Source: Prorocentrum cordatum
Taxonomy: Eukaryota
DNA: 54,464 nucleotides
Assembly: GCA_963575745.1 (NCBI GenBank)
Contig: CAUYUJ010000239.1
Location: forward strand, 62,001 to 116,464
Direction: 5' to 3'
Below are positions 38,265 to 51,100 of the stretch, one piece after another. The notes beneath the pieces are model-generated. The model had not been told where the DNA came from. It saw nothing but the letters and a program-made list of their open reading frames with translations, and made no database searches. Numbering within the stretch: position 1 is the first letter of the stretch; every line of letters starts with the position of its first letter. The position numbers and the translations under genes are program-made.

Positions 38265-39367
38265 CTGGGCGCCGGCGGTAAACCGTCAACCTTTCTTACC
38301 GCCGGGGGACTCGTAGAGCTTCCTGACAGTATATAGCGTGGAAAAAACTTAAATAACGAATAGGTTTTCAACCCAAGCGATTTCAGATCTCAAGATGACT
38401 CTAACAAAAAAACAAACAGTTTCGCAACCCATTTCGAGTATCAAACCGAGTTCAGACCTCTCAATGCGACGGGCGGGCGCGTCTGATGTCTGCAAACACT
38501 CATAAGATTCCAAGCCCTGCAGCCCCCCTACAGCCCGAGTCTCTGTGCAGAAAACCGACAGTATCGACTCAAATACTAGAATAGTGTCGCGAACCTAGTT
38601 CGAGCAGCAGACCGAGTTCGGAGCTCTGGAATCGACCGACAGACGCGCCTGAGGTGTGGAAATCGATATCTGTGAACCGCAGCACTGTAGCCCTTCCCCA
38701 GCACGAGTTGAGTGCAGAAAATTGAGAGCACTTCTCAAGATAATACGAGATATACGAATAGTTTCGCGAACCTAGCTCGGACAGCAGGCCGAGTTCAGAG
38801 CTCTCGGTTCAATGGACGAACGCAACTGATGATTTCCCATCGATCTCTGTGACAATGAGTCCTGTAGCTGCCCTACAGCTCGAGTTAAGTACAGAAAACC
38901 GAGAGCGTTTGTCAAGACGACTCGAATAATACGGATAGGTTTGCGGGCCTAGCTCGGCTAGCAGACCGAGTTCAGACCTCTGGATTTGACAGGCGAACGC
39001 GCCTGATAATTCTGAATGCGATAGGCGTGCTTACGAGCTCTGTGGTTGCCCTACAGCTCGAGTTAAGTAGAAAATACCGACAACGCGTATCAAGATGACT
39101 CGAAACGACCGATCCCGCCGGGACGCTTTTTGGCAGTAAAAGGTACCCGATCGAGCTGAGATCAAGATGGCGAGCGGGAATAAGATCGAATATCACGGGA
39201 AAAAATACTAGAGCTCTAACGAATGGTCAAATTTCGAGAACAAAGTTTTCAACCGACCAAAAGTCAGCAAAAGGTCCGTCGAGATTTTTCTTGCCAACTA
39301 GCTCTCCAGCGCTCCGGAATTACTCAAGCTTCCAGCAATAACTTGCTAAGGGAAGCTCTACGAGTTA
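38265..39367 (-). mobile_element. Intact family-A element abutting the B element
   Basis: B+A together split host agaacaaaa|ttttcaacc (37866/39368). Confidence 0.88.
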
Positions 39368-39444
39368 TTTTCAACCGACCAAAAGTCACCAAAAGGTCCG
39401 TCGAGATTTTTCTTGTCAACTAGCTCTCCAGCTCCCCGGAATTA

Positions 39445-40493
39445 CTGGGCGCCAGCGGTAAACCGTCAACCTTGGTTACCGCCGGGAGACTCGTAGAGCT
39501 TCCTAACTCGACTTAAGTTGAGAAACCAGACAGCACTTACCAACAATCTGACTTATAGTGAATAGTTTTTGACTTCTGAATACGACAGACGGACGCGTCT
39601 GATGTCTACGAATCGACTCCTGTCATTACCAACCCTGCAGCCACCCTACAGCCCGAGTTAAGTACAGAAATCCAACAGCTCCTCTCAGGATGACTCGAAC
39701 AATAAAATAGTTTCGTGGACCTAGTTCGGGCAGCAGACAGAGTTCGGAGCTCTGTATTCGACAGGCAAGCGCGCCTGATGTCTTGAAATCGATTCCAGTG
39801 ATTACCAGCCATGCAGCCCCCCCTATAGCCCGATTAAGTTCAGATAACCGACAGCATCTCGCAAGCGACTCGAACGATACGAATAGTTTCGCGATTCTAG
39901 ATCGGGCAGCAGACCGAGTTCGGAGCTCTGCATTCGACAGACAAACGCAATTGATGATTCTGAATTGGCACCTGTAAATATCAGCTCTGACGCTGTCCTA
40001 CAGCTCGAGTTAAGTGCAGAAATCAAGAGCTTTTGTCAAGATGACTCGAATAATACGAACAGGTTCGCGGACCTAGCTCGGCTAGCAGACCGAGTTCAGA
40101 CCTCTGGGTTGAACAGGCGAACGCGCCTAATCATTGTGAATGCATTAGCTGTGCTTACCAGCTCTGTAGCTGCCCTAGAGCTCGAGTTATGTTCAGAAAA
40201 CCGTCAGCGCATATCAAGATGACTCGAAACGGTCGTTCCCGCCACAGTGCTTTTCGATAGTAGTATTCACCCGATCGAGCTGAGATCAAGATGGCGAGCG
40301 GGAATGAGATCTAATATCACGGGAAAAAATACTAGAGCTCTAACGAATGGTCAAATTTTGAGAACAAAATTTTCAGCCGAGCAAAAGTCAGCAAAAGGTC
40401 CGTCGAGATTTTTCTTGCCAACTAGCTCTCCAGCGCTCCGGAATTACTCTAAAGCTTCCAGCAATAACTTGCTAAGGGAAGCTCTACGAGTTA
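39445..40493 (-). mobile_element. Intact family-A element
   Basis: Both termini present. The next copy starts directly at 40494. Confidence 0.88.
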
Positions 40494-43371
40494 CTGGGCG
40501 CCGGCGGTAAACCGTCAACCTTGGTTACCGCCGGGAGACTCGTAGAGCTTCCTAACTCGACTTAAATTGAGAAAACCGAGAGCACTTACCAACAATCTGA
40601 CTTATAGTGAATAGTTTTTTACCTCTGAATACGACAGACGGACGCGTCTGATGTCTGCGAATCGACTTCTGTCATGACTAGCCCTGCAGCCCTTCTACAG
40701 CCCGAGTTAAACGCAGAAAACCGACAGCACTTCTCAGGATGACTCGAACAATAAAATAGTTTCGCGCACCTAGTTCGGGCAGCAGACAGAGTTCGGAGCT
40801 CTCTATTCGACAGGCGCACGCGCCTGATGTCTTCAAATCGATTCCAGCGATTACCAGCCATGCAGCCCCCCTACAGCAGCATCTCGCAAGCAACTCGAAC
40901 GATACGAATAGTTTCGCGCTTCTAGATCGGGCAGCAGACCGAGTTCAGAGCTCTAGATTCGGCAGACAAACGCAACTGATGATTCTGAATCGGTGCCTGT
41001 AAATATCAGCTCTGACGCTGTCCTACAGCTCGAGTTAAGTGCAGAAAACCAAGAGTTTTTGTCAAGACGACTCGAATAATACGAACAGGTTTGCGGACCT
41101 AGCTCGGCCAGTAGACCGAGTTCAGACCTCTGGGTTCAACAGGCGAACGCGCCTGATCATTCTGCATGCATTAGCTGTGCTCACCAGCTCTGTAGCTGCC
41201 CTAGAGCTCGAGTTATGTTCAGAAAACCGTCAGCGCATATCAAGATGACTCGAAACGGCCGTTCCCGCCACAGTGCTTTTCGATAGTAATATTCACCCGA
41301 TCGAGCTGAGATCAAGATGGCGAGCGGGAATAAGATCGAATATCACGGCAAAAAAATACTAGAGCTCAAACGAATGGTCAAATTTTGAGAACGAAATTTT
41401 CAACCGAGCAAAAGTCACCAAATGGACGCCGGCGGTAAACCGTCAACCTTGGTTACCGCCGGGAGACTCGTAGAGCTTCTCGACTGAAGTTGAGAACGCC
41501 GAGCACCTACCAACATTCCGACTCATAGTGAATATTTTGTGACCTCTCAATGCGACAGGCGAACGCGTCTGATGTCTGCGAGTCGACTGCTGTCATCACC
41601 AGCCCTGCAGCCCCCCTACAGCCCGAGTTGAGTACAGCACCTCTCAGGATGACTCCAACAATACAGTAGTTTCGCAGACCTCATTCGGGCAGCAGACCGA
41701 GTTCCGAGCTCTGGATTCGACAGGCGGACGCGTCTGATGTCTTCAACTGGATTCCTGTGACCACAAGCACTGTAGCTCCCCTCAGCGCGAGTTAAATGGA
41801 GGCAACCGAGAGCACTTCTCAAGATGGTTCGACCAATACGAATAGTTTCGCGATTCTAGATCGGGTAGCAGACCGAGTTCAGAGCTCTGAATTCGACACA
41901 CAAACGCAACTGATGATTCTGAATCGTTTCCTGTAAATATCAGCTCCGTAGCTGTCCTACAGCTCGAGCTAAGTAGAAAAAACCGAGAGTTCCTGTCAAG
42001 ATGCCTTCAATAATACAAATAGGTTTCCAGACCTAGCTCGGCTAGCAGACCGAGTTCAGACCTCTGGGTTCAACAGGCGAACGCGCCTCATCATTCTGAA
42101 TGCGATAGCTGTGCTTACCAGCTCTGTAGCTGCCCTGAAGCTCGAGTTATGTTCAGATAACCGTCAGCGCGTATCAAGATGACTCCAAACGGACGATCCC
42201 GCCACAGTGCTTTTTGACAGTAATATTCACCCGATCGAGCTGAGATCAAGATGGCGAGCGGGAATAAGGTCGAATATCACGGGAAAAAATACTAGAGCTC
42301 TAACGAATGGTCAAATTTCGAGAACAAAATTTTCAACCGAGGAAAAATCACCAAAAGTTCCGTCGAGATTTTTCTTGCCAACTAGCTCTCCAGCGCTCCG
42401 GAATTACTGGGCGCCGGCGGTAAACCGTCAACCTTTGTTACCGCCGGGGGACTCGTAGAGCTTCCTGAGAACATATAATGTAGAAAAAAAATTCAGAGAA
42501 CGAATAGTTTTTCAGTCCAACTCGAGTATCAGAGCGAGTTCAGACCTCTGAATGCGACAGACGGACGCGTCTGATGTCTTCGAATCGATTCATGTGATTA
42601 CCCGCCCTGCAGCCTCCCTACAGCCCGAGTTAAGTGCAGAACGCCGACAGTAGCGCTCAAGATGACTGGAAGAATACGAACAGTTTCGTGATTCTGAATC
42701 GCTCAGCAGACCGAGTTCAGAGCTCTGGAATCGACAGACAAACGCAACTGATCATTCTGGATTGGTTTCTGTAACTATCAGCCCTGTAGCTGTCCTATAG
42801 CTCGAGTTAAGTACAAGAAACCGAGAGCGCCTATCAGGATGATTCGAATAATACGAATAGGTTTGCGGACCTGGCTCGGCTAGCAGACCGAGTTCAGACC
42901 TCTGGTTCGAACAGCCGAACGCGCCTGATGATTCTGAGTGCGATAGGTGTGCTTACCAGCACTATAGCTGCCCTACAGCTCGAGTTAAGTAGAAAATACC
43001 GACAACGCGTATCAAGTTGACTCGAATAATAAGAATAGGTTTGCGAACCTAGCTCGGCTAGCAGACCGAGTTCAGACCTATGGATTCAACAGGCGAACGC
43101 GCCTGATCATTCTGCATGCATTAGCTGTGCTGACCAGCACTAAAGCTGCCCTACAGCTCGAGTTAAGTACAAAATACCGACAACGCGTATCAAGATGACT
43201 CGAAACGGCTGATCCCGCCACCGTGCTTTTCGATAGTAATATTCACCCGATCGATCTGAGATCAAGATGGCGAACGAAAAAAAGATCGAATATCACGGGA
43301 AAAAATACTAGACCTCTAACGAATCGTCAAATTTCGAGAACAAAATTTTCAACCGACCAAAAGTCACCAAA

Positions 43372-44333
43372 CTGGGTGCCGGCGGTAAACCGTCAACCTT
43401 GGTTACCGCCGGGAGACTCGTAGAGCTTCCTAACTCGACTTAAGTTGAGAAAACCGAGAGCACTTACCAACAATCTGACTTATAGTGAATAGCCCGAGTG
43501 AAGTGCAGAAAACCGACAGCACCTCTCAGGATGACTCGAACAATAGGAATAGTTTCGCGAACCTAGTTCGGGCAGCAGACAGAGTTCAGAGCTTTGCATT
43601 CGACAGGCGGACGCCTGATGTCTTCAAATCGATTCCAGTGATTACCAGCCATGCAGCCCCCCTACAGCCCGACTTAAGTCCAGATAACCGACAGCATCTT
43701 CCAAGCGACTTGAACGATACGAATAGTTTAACGATTCTAGATCGGGCAGCAGACCGAGTTCAGAGCTCTGGCTTCGAGAGACAAACGCAACTGATGATTC
43801 TGAATTGGTGCCTGTGAATATGAGCTCTGTAGCTGTCCTACAGCTCGAGTTAAGTCGAGAAAACCGAGAGTTTATGTCAAGATGACTCGAATAATACGAA
43901 TAGGTTTGCGGACCTAGCTCGGCTAGCAGGCCGAGTTCAGACCTCTGGGTTCAACAGGCGAACGTGCCTGATCATTCTGCATGTATTAGCTGTGCTTACC
44001 AGCTCTGTAGCTACCCTGGAGCTCGAGTTATGTTGAGAAAACCGTCAGCGCGTATCAAGATGACTCGAAACGGCCGTTCCCGCCACAGTGCTTTTCGATA
44101 GTAATATTCACCCGATCGAGCTGAGATCAAGATGGCGAGCGGGAATAAGATCGAATATCACGGGAAAAAATACTAGAGCTCTAACGAATAGTCAAATTTC
44201 GAGAACCAAATTTTCAACCGAGGAAAAGTCACCAAAAGTTCCGTCGAGATTTTTCTTGCCAACTAGCTTTCCAGCGCGCCGGAATTACTCTTAGCTTCCA
44301 GCATTTACTTGCTAAGGGAAGCTCTACGAGTTA
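43372..44333 (-). mobile_element. Intact family-A element
   Basis: Splits host gtcaccaaa|agttccgtcg with no TSD. Confidence 0.88.
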
Positions 44334-45676
44334 AGTTCCGTCGAGATTTTTCTTGCCAACTAGCTCTCCAGCGCTCCGGAACTTGCTATGTCCAAAACCC
44401 GGATAGCATTAGGCGCTCGAAACTGGGCGCCGGCGGTAAACCGTCAATCTTGGTTACCGCCGGGGAACTCGTAGAGCTTCCAAGCTCGACTTAAGTTGAG
44501 AAAACCGAGAGCACCTACCAACATTCTGACTTATAGTGAATATGGTTTGACCTCTGAATGCGACAAGCAGACGCGTCTAATCAGACCGAGTTCAGATCTC
44601 TCAATGTGACAGACGGACGCGTCTGATGTATGCGAATCGACTCGTGTGATTACCAGCCCTGCAGCCCCCCTACAGCCCGAGTTAAGTCCGACAGCATCTC
44701 TCAGGATAACTCGAATAATAAAATAGTTTCGCAGACCTGTTTCGAGCAGCAGACCAAGTTCTCAGCTCTCGAATCGACCAACGAACGCGCCTCATGTGTG
44801 CAAATCGATTTCTATGACCCGCAGCACTGTAGCCCTCCCCAGCACGAGTTGAGTGCAGAAAATTGAGAGCACTTTTCACGATGATTCGAACAATACGAAT
44901 TATTTCGCGATTCTACATCGGGCAGCAGGCCGAGTTCAGAGCTCTCGATACAACAGACAAACGCGCCCGATAATTCTCAATCGATTTCTGTGGCTGTGGG
45001 CTCTGTAGCTGCCTACAGCTCGAGTTAAGTACAGAAAATAGCGAGAGCGTTTGTCAAGATGGACAACGCGTATCAAGTTGACTCGAATAATACGAATAGG
45101 TTTGCGGACCTAGCTCGGCTAGCAGACCGAGTTCAGACCTATGGATTCAACAGACGAACGCGCCTGATGATTCTGAGTGCGATAGGTGTGCTTACCCGCA
45201 CTGTAGCTGCCCTACAGCTCGAGTTGAGAAGAAAATACCGACAACGCGTATCAAGTTGACTCGAATAATACGAATAGGTTTGCGGACTTAGCTCGGCTAG
45301 CAGACCGAGTTCAGACCTATGGATTCAACAGGCGAACGCGCCTGATGATTTTGATTGCGATAGCTGTGGTTACCAGCTCTGTAGCTGTCCTAGAGCTCGA
45401 GTTAAGTACAAAATACCGACAACGTGCATCAAGATGACTCGAAACGGCCGATCCCGCCAGTGCTTTTTGGCAGTAAAAGGTACCCGATCGAGCTGAGATG
45501 AAGATGGCGAGCGGAATTAAGATCGAATATCACGGGAAAAAATACTAGAGCTCTAACGAATGGTCAAATTTCGAGAACATAATTTTCAACCGACCAAAAG
45601 TTGTGAAAAGTTCGGTTCTTTTTTTTCGAGCCAACTAGCTCTCCAGCGCGCCGGAATTACTCTTAGCTTCCAGCTA

Positions 45677-46019
45677 CTTGCTATGTCCAAAAAACCCGGA
45701 TAGCATTAGGCGCTCGAAACGTCGTCGGAGACGCCTGGAACGGCGCCTTGGACGATGCCTGGGGCGCTGCGCGAGGACCGCGCAAGCGCTGCGTAGGAGC
45801 TTGCGAGCGCCGTGGCGATGACTGCCTGGGAGCTTCGGCAACGCCGCCGCCACGCGTATTGGGAAACGCTAGGAACAGCGCTCCCGGACACGCTGCAAGC
45901 CCCGGCGAGTCGCTGCGGGGGTCGTGGAGCGGGGAGCGTGGGAGTGCAGCGATGCACGCGCACCCGCCGGCTTCTCCTCTAACAACCCTATGTAGCCCAA
46001 CAAAAGGGCTATCCGGGAA
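45677..46019 (-). mobile_element. Intact family-C element (343 bp)
   Basis: cttgctatgtccaaaaaacccggatagc ... tagcccaacaaaagggctatccgggaa. A second copy is split into 44382-44422 and 46449-46748. Confidence 0.85.
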
Positions 46020-46022
46020 TAA

Positions 46023-46422
46023 CTGGCGCCGGCGGTGAACCGTCAACCTGGACACCGCCGGGAACCTCGTAGAGCTCCTGGCACGCGTAAGAGTGCTCAG
46101 CATCAAAAGAGAAAGCTTCTCGAAGCATTTCTCGGAAAACAGGAAACATGATTTTTTTTGATGTCGACATAAAGATGGTTCCGCCAAGTGTTTTGATAGT
46201 AAAAGCGCATCTACAGAGCTCATATTAAGACGCAGAGGCCCTCATAGTCGTTTACAGGTGCGAAAAATCTGCTTTCTCAAAATAAATGGTCAAATATCTG
46301 TTAAATTCTTGCAAAACCGACCAAAAGTTACCACATTGTCCGTTCTGGTCGGGTCGACCAACTAGCTCCACCCCGCGCCGGAATTCCTCTAGCTCATCGA
46401 TGCCGAAGAGCTCTACGAGGTA
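46023..46422 (-). mobile_element. Intact family-B element
   Basis: Both ends present. Removing C and B restores host cagcta|taa|ctagctaaggg, as seen uninterrupted at 53441-53460. Confidence 0.88.
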
Positions 46423-47133
46423 CTAGCTAAGGGAAGCTCTACGAGTTACGTCGTCGGAGACGCCTGGAACGGCGCCTTGGACGATGCCTGGGGCGCTGCG
46501 CGAGGACCGCGCAAGCGCTGCGTAGGAGCTTGCGAGCGCCGTGGCGATGACTGCCTGGGAGCTTCGGCAACGCCGCCGCCACGCGTATTGGGAAACGCTA
46601 GGAACAGCGCTCCCGGACACGCTGCAAGCCCCGGCGAGTCGCTGCGGGGATCGTGGAGCGCGGAGCGTGGGAGTGCGGCGATGCACGCGCACCCGCCGGC
46701 TTCTCCTCTAACAACCCTATGTAGCCCAACACAAGGGCTATCCGGGAATTACTCTTAAGCTTCCAGCAATACCGTGCTAAGGGAAGCTCTACGAGTTACT
46801 CTCAAGCTTCCAGCAACAACTTGCTTAGGGGAGCTCTACGAGTTAGTTCCGTCGAGATTTTTCTTGCCAACTAGCTCTCCAGCGCTCCGGAATTACTCTA
46901 AAGCTTCCAGCAATAACTTGCTAAGGGAAGCTCTACGAGTTACTCGTAAGCTTCCAGCAATAACTTGCTAAGGGAAGCTCTACGAGTTATTACTCTTAAG
47001 CTTCCAGCAATAACTTGCTCAGGGAAGCTCTACGAGTTATTACTCTTAAGCTTCCAGCAACTGGGCGCCGGCGGTAAACCGTCAACCTTGGTTACCGCCG
47101 GGAGACTCGTAGAGCTTCCTAACTCGACTTAAA

Positions 47134-48192
47134 TAACACGTAGAGCTTCCCTCAGCAAGTTATTGCTGGAAGCTTTAGAGTAATTCCGGAGCGCTGGAGA
47201 GCTAGAAGGCAAGAAAAATCTCGACGGAACTTTTGGTGACTTTTGGTCGGTTGAAAATTTTGTTCTCGTGATTTGACCATTCGTTAGAGCTCTAGTATTT
47301 TTTCCCGTGATATTCGATCTTATTCCCGCTCGCCATCTTGATCTCAGATCGATCGGGTGAATATTACTATCGAAAAGCACGGTGGCGGGATCGGCCGTTT
47401 CGAGTCATCTTGATACGCGTTGTCGGTATTTTGTTCTTAACTCGAGCTGTAGGCAGCTACAGTGCTGATAAGCACACCTATCGCACTCAGAATCATCAGG
47501 CGCGTTCGCCTGTTGAATCCATAGGTCGGAACTCGGTCTGCTAGCCGAGCTAGGTTCGCAAACCTAGTCGTATTATTCGAGTCAACTTGATACGCGTTAT
47601 CGGTATTTTCTACTGAACTCGAGCTGTAGGGCAGCTACAGTGCTGGTAAGCACACTTATCGCTCTCAGAATGATCAGGCGCGTTCGACTGTTCGAACCAG
47701 AGGTCTGAACTCGGCCTGCTAGCCGAGCCAGGTCCGCAAACTTATTCGTATTATTCGAATTATCTCGATAGGCGCTCTCGATTCCCTGTACCTAACTCGA
47801 GCTATAGGACAGCTACAGGGCTGATAGTTACAGAAACCGATTCAGAATCATCAGTCGCGCTTGTCTGTCGAATCCAGAGCTCTGAACTCGGTCTGCTGCG
47901 CGATCCAGAATCACGAAACTGTGTATTCTTCCAGTCATCTTGAGAGCTACTGTCGGCGTTCTGCACTTAACTCGGGCTGTAGGGAGCTGCAGGGCGGGTA
48001 ATCACATGAATCGATTCGGAGACATCAGACGCGTCCGTCTGTCGCATACAGAGGTCTGAACTCGGTCTGATACTCGAGTTGGACTGAAAAACTATTCGTT
48101 CTCTGCAATTTTTTCCGACATTATATGTTGTCAGGAAGCTCTACGAGTCCCCCGGCGGTAACAAAGGTTGACGGTTTACCGCCGGCGCCCAG
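47134..48192 (+). mobile_element. Intact family-A element in the opposite orientation
   Basis: TAACACGTAGAGCTTCC...TTACCGCCGGCGCCCAG splits host cgacttaaa|tcgagaaaacc with no TSD. Confidence 0.9.
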
Positions 48193-51100
48193 TCGAGAAA
48201 ACCGAGAGCACTTACCAACAATCTGACTTATAGTGAATAGTTTTTTACCTCTGAATACGACAGACGGACGCGTCTGATGTCTGCGAACCGACTTCTGTCA
48301 TCACTAGCCCTGCAGCCCTTCTACAGCCCGAGTTAAACGCAGAAAACCGACAGCACTTCTCAGGATGACTCGAACAATAAAATAGTTTCGCGCACCTAGT
48401 TCGGGCAGCAGACAGAGTTCGGAGCTCTCTATTCGACAGGCGGACGCGCCTGATGTCTTCAAATCGATTCCAGCGATTACCAGCCATGCAGCCCCCCTAC
48501 AGCAGCATCTCGCAAGCAACTCGAACGATACGAATAGTTTCGCGATTCTAGATCGGGCAGCAGACCGAGTTCAGAGCTCTAGATTCGGCAGACAAACGCA
48601 ACTGATGATTCTGAATCGGCGCCTGTAAATATCAGCTTTGACGCTGTCCTACAGCTCGAGTTAAGTGCAGAAAACCAAGAGTTTTTGTCAAGACGACTCG
48701 AATAATACGAACAGGTTTGCGGACCCAGCTCGGCCAGTAGACCGAGTTCAGACCTCTGGGTTCAACAGGCGAACGCGCCTGATCATTCTGCATGCATTAG
48801 CTGTGCTCACCAGCTCTGTAGCTGCCCTAGAGCTCGAGTTATGTTCAGAAAACCGTCAGCGCATATCAAGATGACTCGAAACGGCCGTTCCCGCCACAGT
48901 GCTTTTCGATAGTAATATTCACCCGATCGAGCTGAGATCAAGATGGCGAGCGGGAATAAGATCGAATATCACCGGAAAAAATACTAGAGCTCTAACGAAT
49001 GGTCAAATTTCGAGAACGAAATTTTCAACCGAGCAAAAGTCACCAAAAGTTCCGTCGAGATTTTTCTTGCCAACTAGCTCTCCAGCGCTCCGGAACTGGC
49101 GCCGGCGGTGAACCGTCAACCTGGTGACCGCCGGGAACCTCGCAGAGCTCCTCTCACTGCTAAGTGTGCAGAGAATCGACACAAAGTGGAAAACAAGAAA
49201 TTTTTCGAAAATCTTGATTTTCGATTTTTTCGATGTTCATGTTCGCTCAGTTCCCGGAAGTGAACTCATGCAAAAATGCATCGGGAGAGCTGAGCTGCTG
49301 TCAGAGAGGAGTTTACATGCCAATGCGACGCGCATAAATCTGCTTTCTCAAAGTAAATGGTCAAATATCTTTCAAACTGGGCGCCGGCGGTAAACCGTCA
49401 ACCTTGGTTACCGCCGGGGAACTCGTAGAGCTTCCTGACTCGACTTAAGTTGAGAAAACAGACAGCACTTACGAACAATCTGACTTATAGGAAAATAGTT
49501 TTTGACCTCTAAATGCGACAGACAGGCGCGTCTGATGTCTGCAAATCGACGCCTGTCATTACAAGCCCTGCAGCTCCCCTACAGCCCGAGTTAAGTGCAG
49601 AAACCCGACAGCACCTCTCAGGATGACTCGAACAATAGGAATAGTTTCGCGGACCTAGTTCGGGCAGCAGACGAAGTTCAGAGCTCTATATTCGACATGC
49701 GGACGCGCCTGATGTCTTCAAATCGATCCCAGTGATAACCAGCCATGCAGCCCCCCTACAGCCCGAGTTAAGTCCAGATAATCGACATTATCTTGCAAGC
49801 GACTCGAACGATACGAATAGTTTCGCGATTCTAGATCGGGCAGCAGGCCGAGTTCAGAGCTTTCGAGTCGACAGACAAACGCAACTGATGATTATGAATT
49901 GGTGCCTCTGAATATCAGCTCTGTAGCTGTCCTACAGCTCGAGTTAAGTGTAGAAAACCGAGCGTTTCTGTCAAAATGACTCGAATAATACGAACAGGTT
50001 TGTGACCCTAGCTCGGCTAGCAGACCGATTTCAGACCCCTGGATTCGACAGGCGAACGCGCCTGATCATTCTGCATTCTCAAAGTAAATGGCCAAATATC
50101 TTTCAAATTTTCGCAAAACCGACCAAAAGTCACCAATTTGTCCTTTCTGGCCGGGCGGTCCAACTAGCTCCACCCCGCGCCGGAATTCCTGTAGCTCATC
50201 GATGCCGAAGAGCTCTACGAGGTATTACACTAAAGCTTCCAGCAATAACTTGCTAAGGGAAGCTCTACGAGTTACTTGTAAGCGTCCAAAACCCGGATAG
50301 CAACTGGGCGCCGGCGGTAAACCGTCAACCTTGGTTACCGCCGGGGGACTCGTAGAGCTTCCTAACTCGACTTAAGTTGAGAAAAGAGACAGCACTTACC
50401 AACAATCTGACTTATAGTGAATAGTTTTTTACTCTGAATGCGACAGACGGACGCGTCTGATGTCTGCGAATCGACTCCTGTCATTATCAGCCCTGCCGCC
50501 CCCCTACAGCCCGAGTTAAGTGCAGAAACCCGACAGCACCTCTCAGGATGACTCGAATAATAGGAATAGTTTCGCGGACCTAGTCCAGCAGACAGAGTTC
50601 AGAGCTCTGTATTCGACATGCGGACGCGCCTCATGTCTTCAAATCGATCCCAGTGATTACCAGCCATGCAGCCCCCCCTACAGCCCGAGTTAAGTCCAGA
50701 TAACCGACATTATCTCGCAAGCGACTCGAACGATACGAATAGTTTCGCGATTCTAGATCGCGCAGCAGGCCGAGTTCAGAGCTCTGGAGTCGACAGACAA
50801 ACGCAACCGATGATTCTGAATTGGTGCCTCTGAATATCAGCTCTGTAGCTGTCCTACAGCTCGAGTTAAGTCCAGAAAATCGAGCGTTTCTGTAAAAATG
50901 ACTCGAATAATACGAACAGGTTTGTGATCCTAGCTCGGCTAGCAGACCGAGTTCAGACCTCTGGATTCAACAGGCGAACGCGCCTGATCATTCTGCATGC
51001 ATTAGCTGTGCTTACCAGCTCTGTAGCTGCCCTAGAGCTCGAGTTATCTTCAGAAAACCGTCAGCGCATATCAAGATGACTCAAAACGGCCGATCCCGCC

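Noticed and set aside
46749..47060. CRISPR-like or minisatellite array of ~48-bp repeats
   Set aside because: There are no unique spacers and no cas genes. Each unit is the resumed end of a specific interrupted element.
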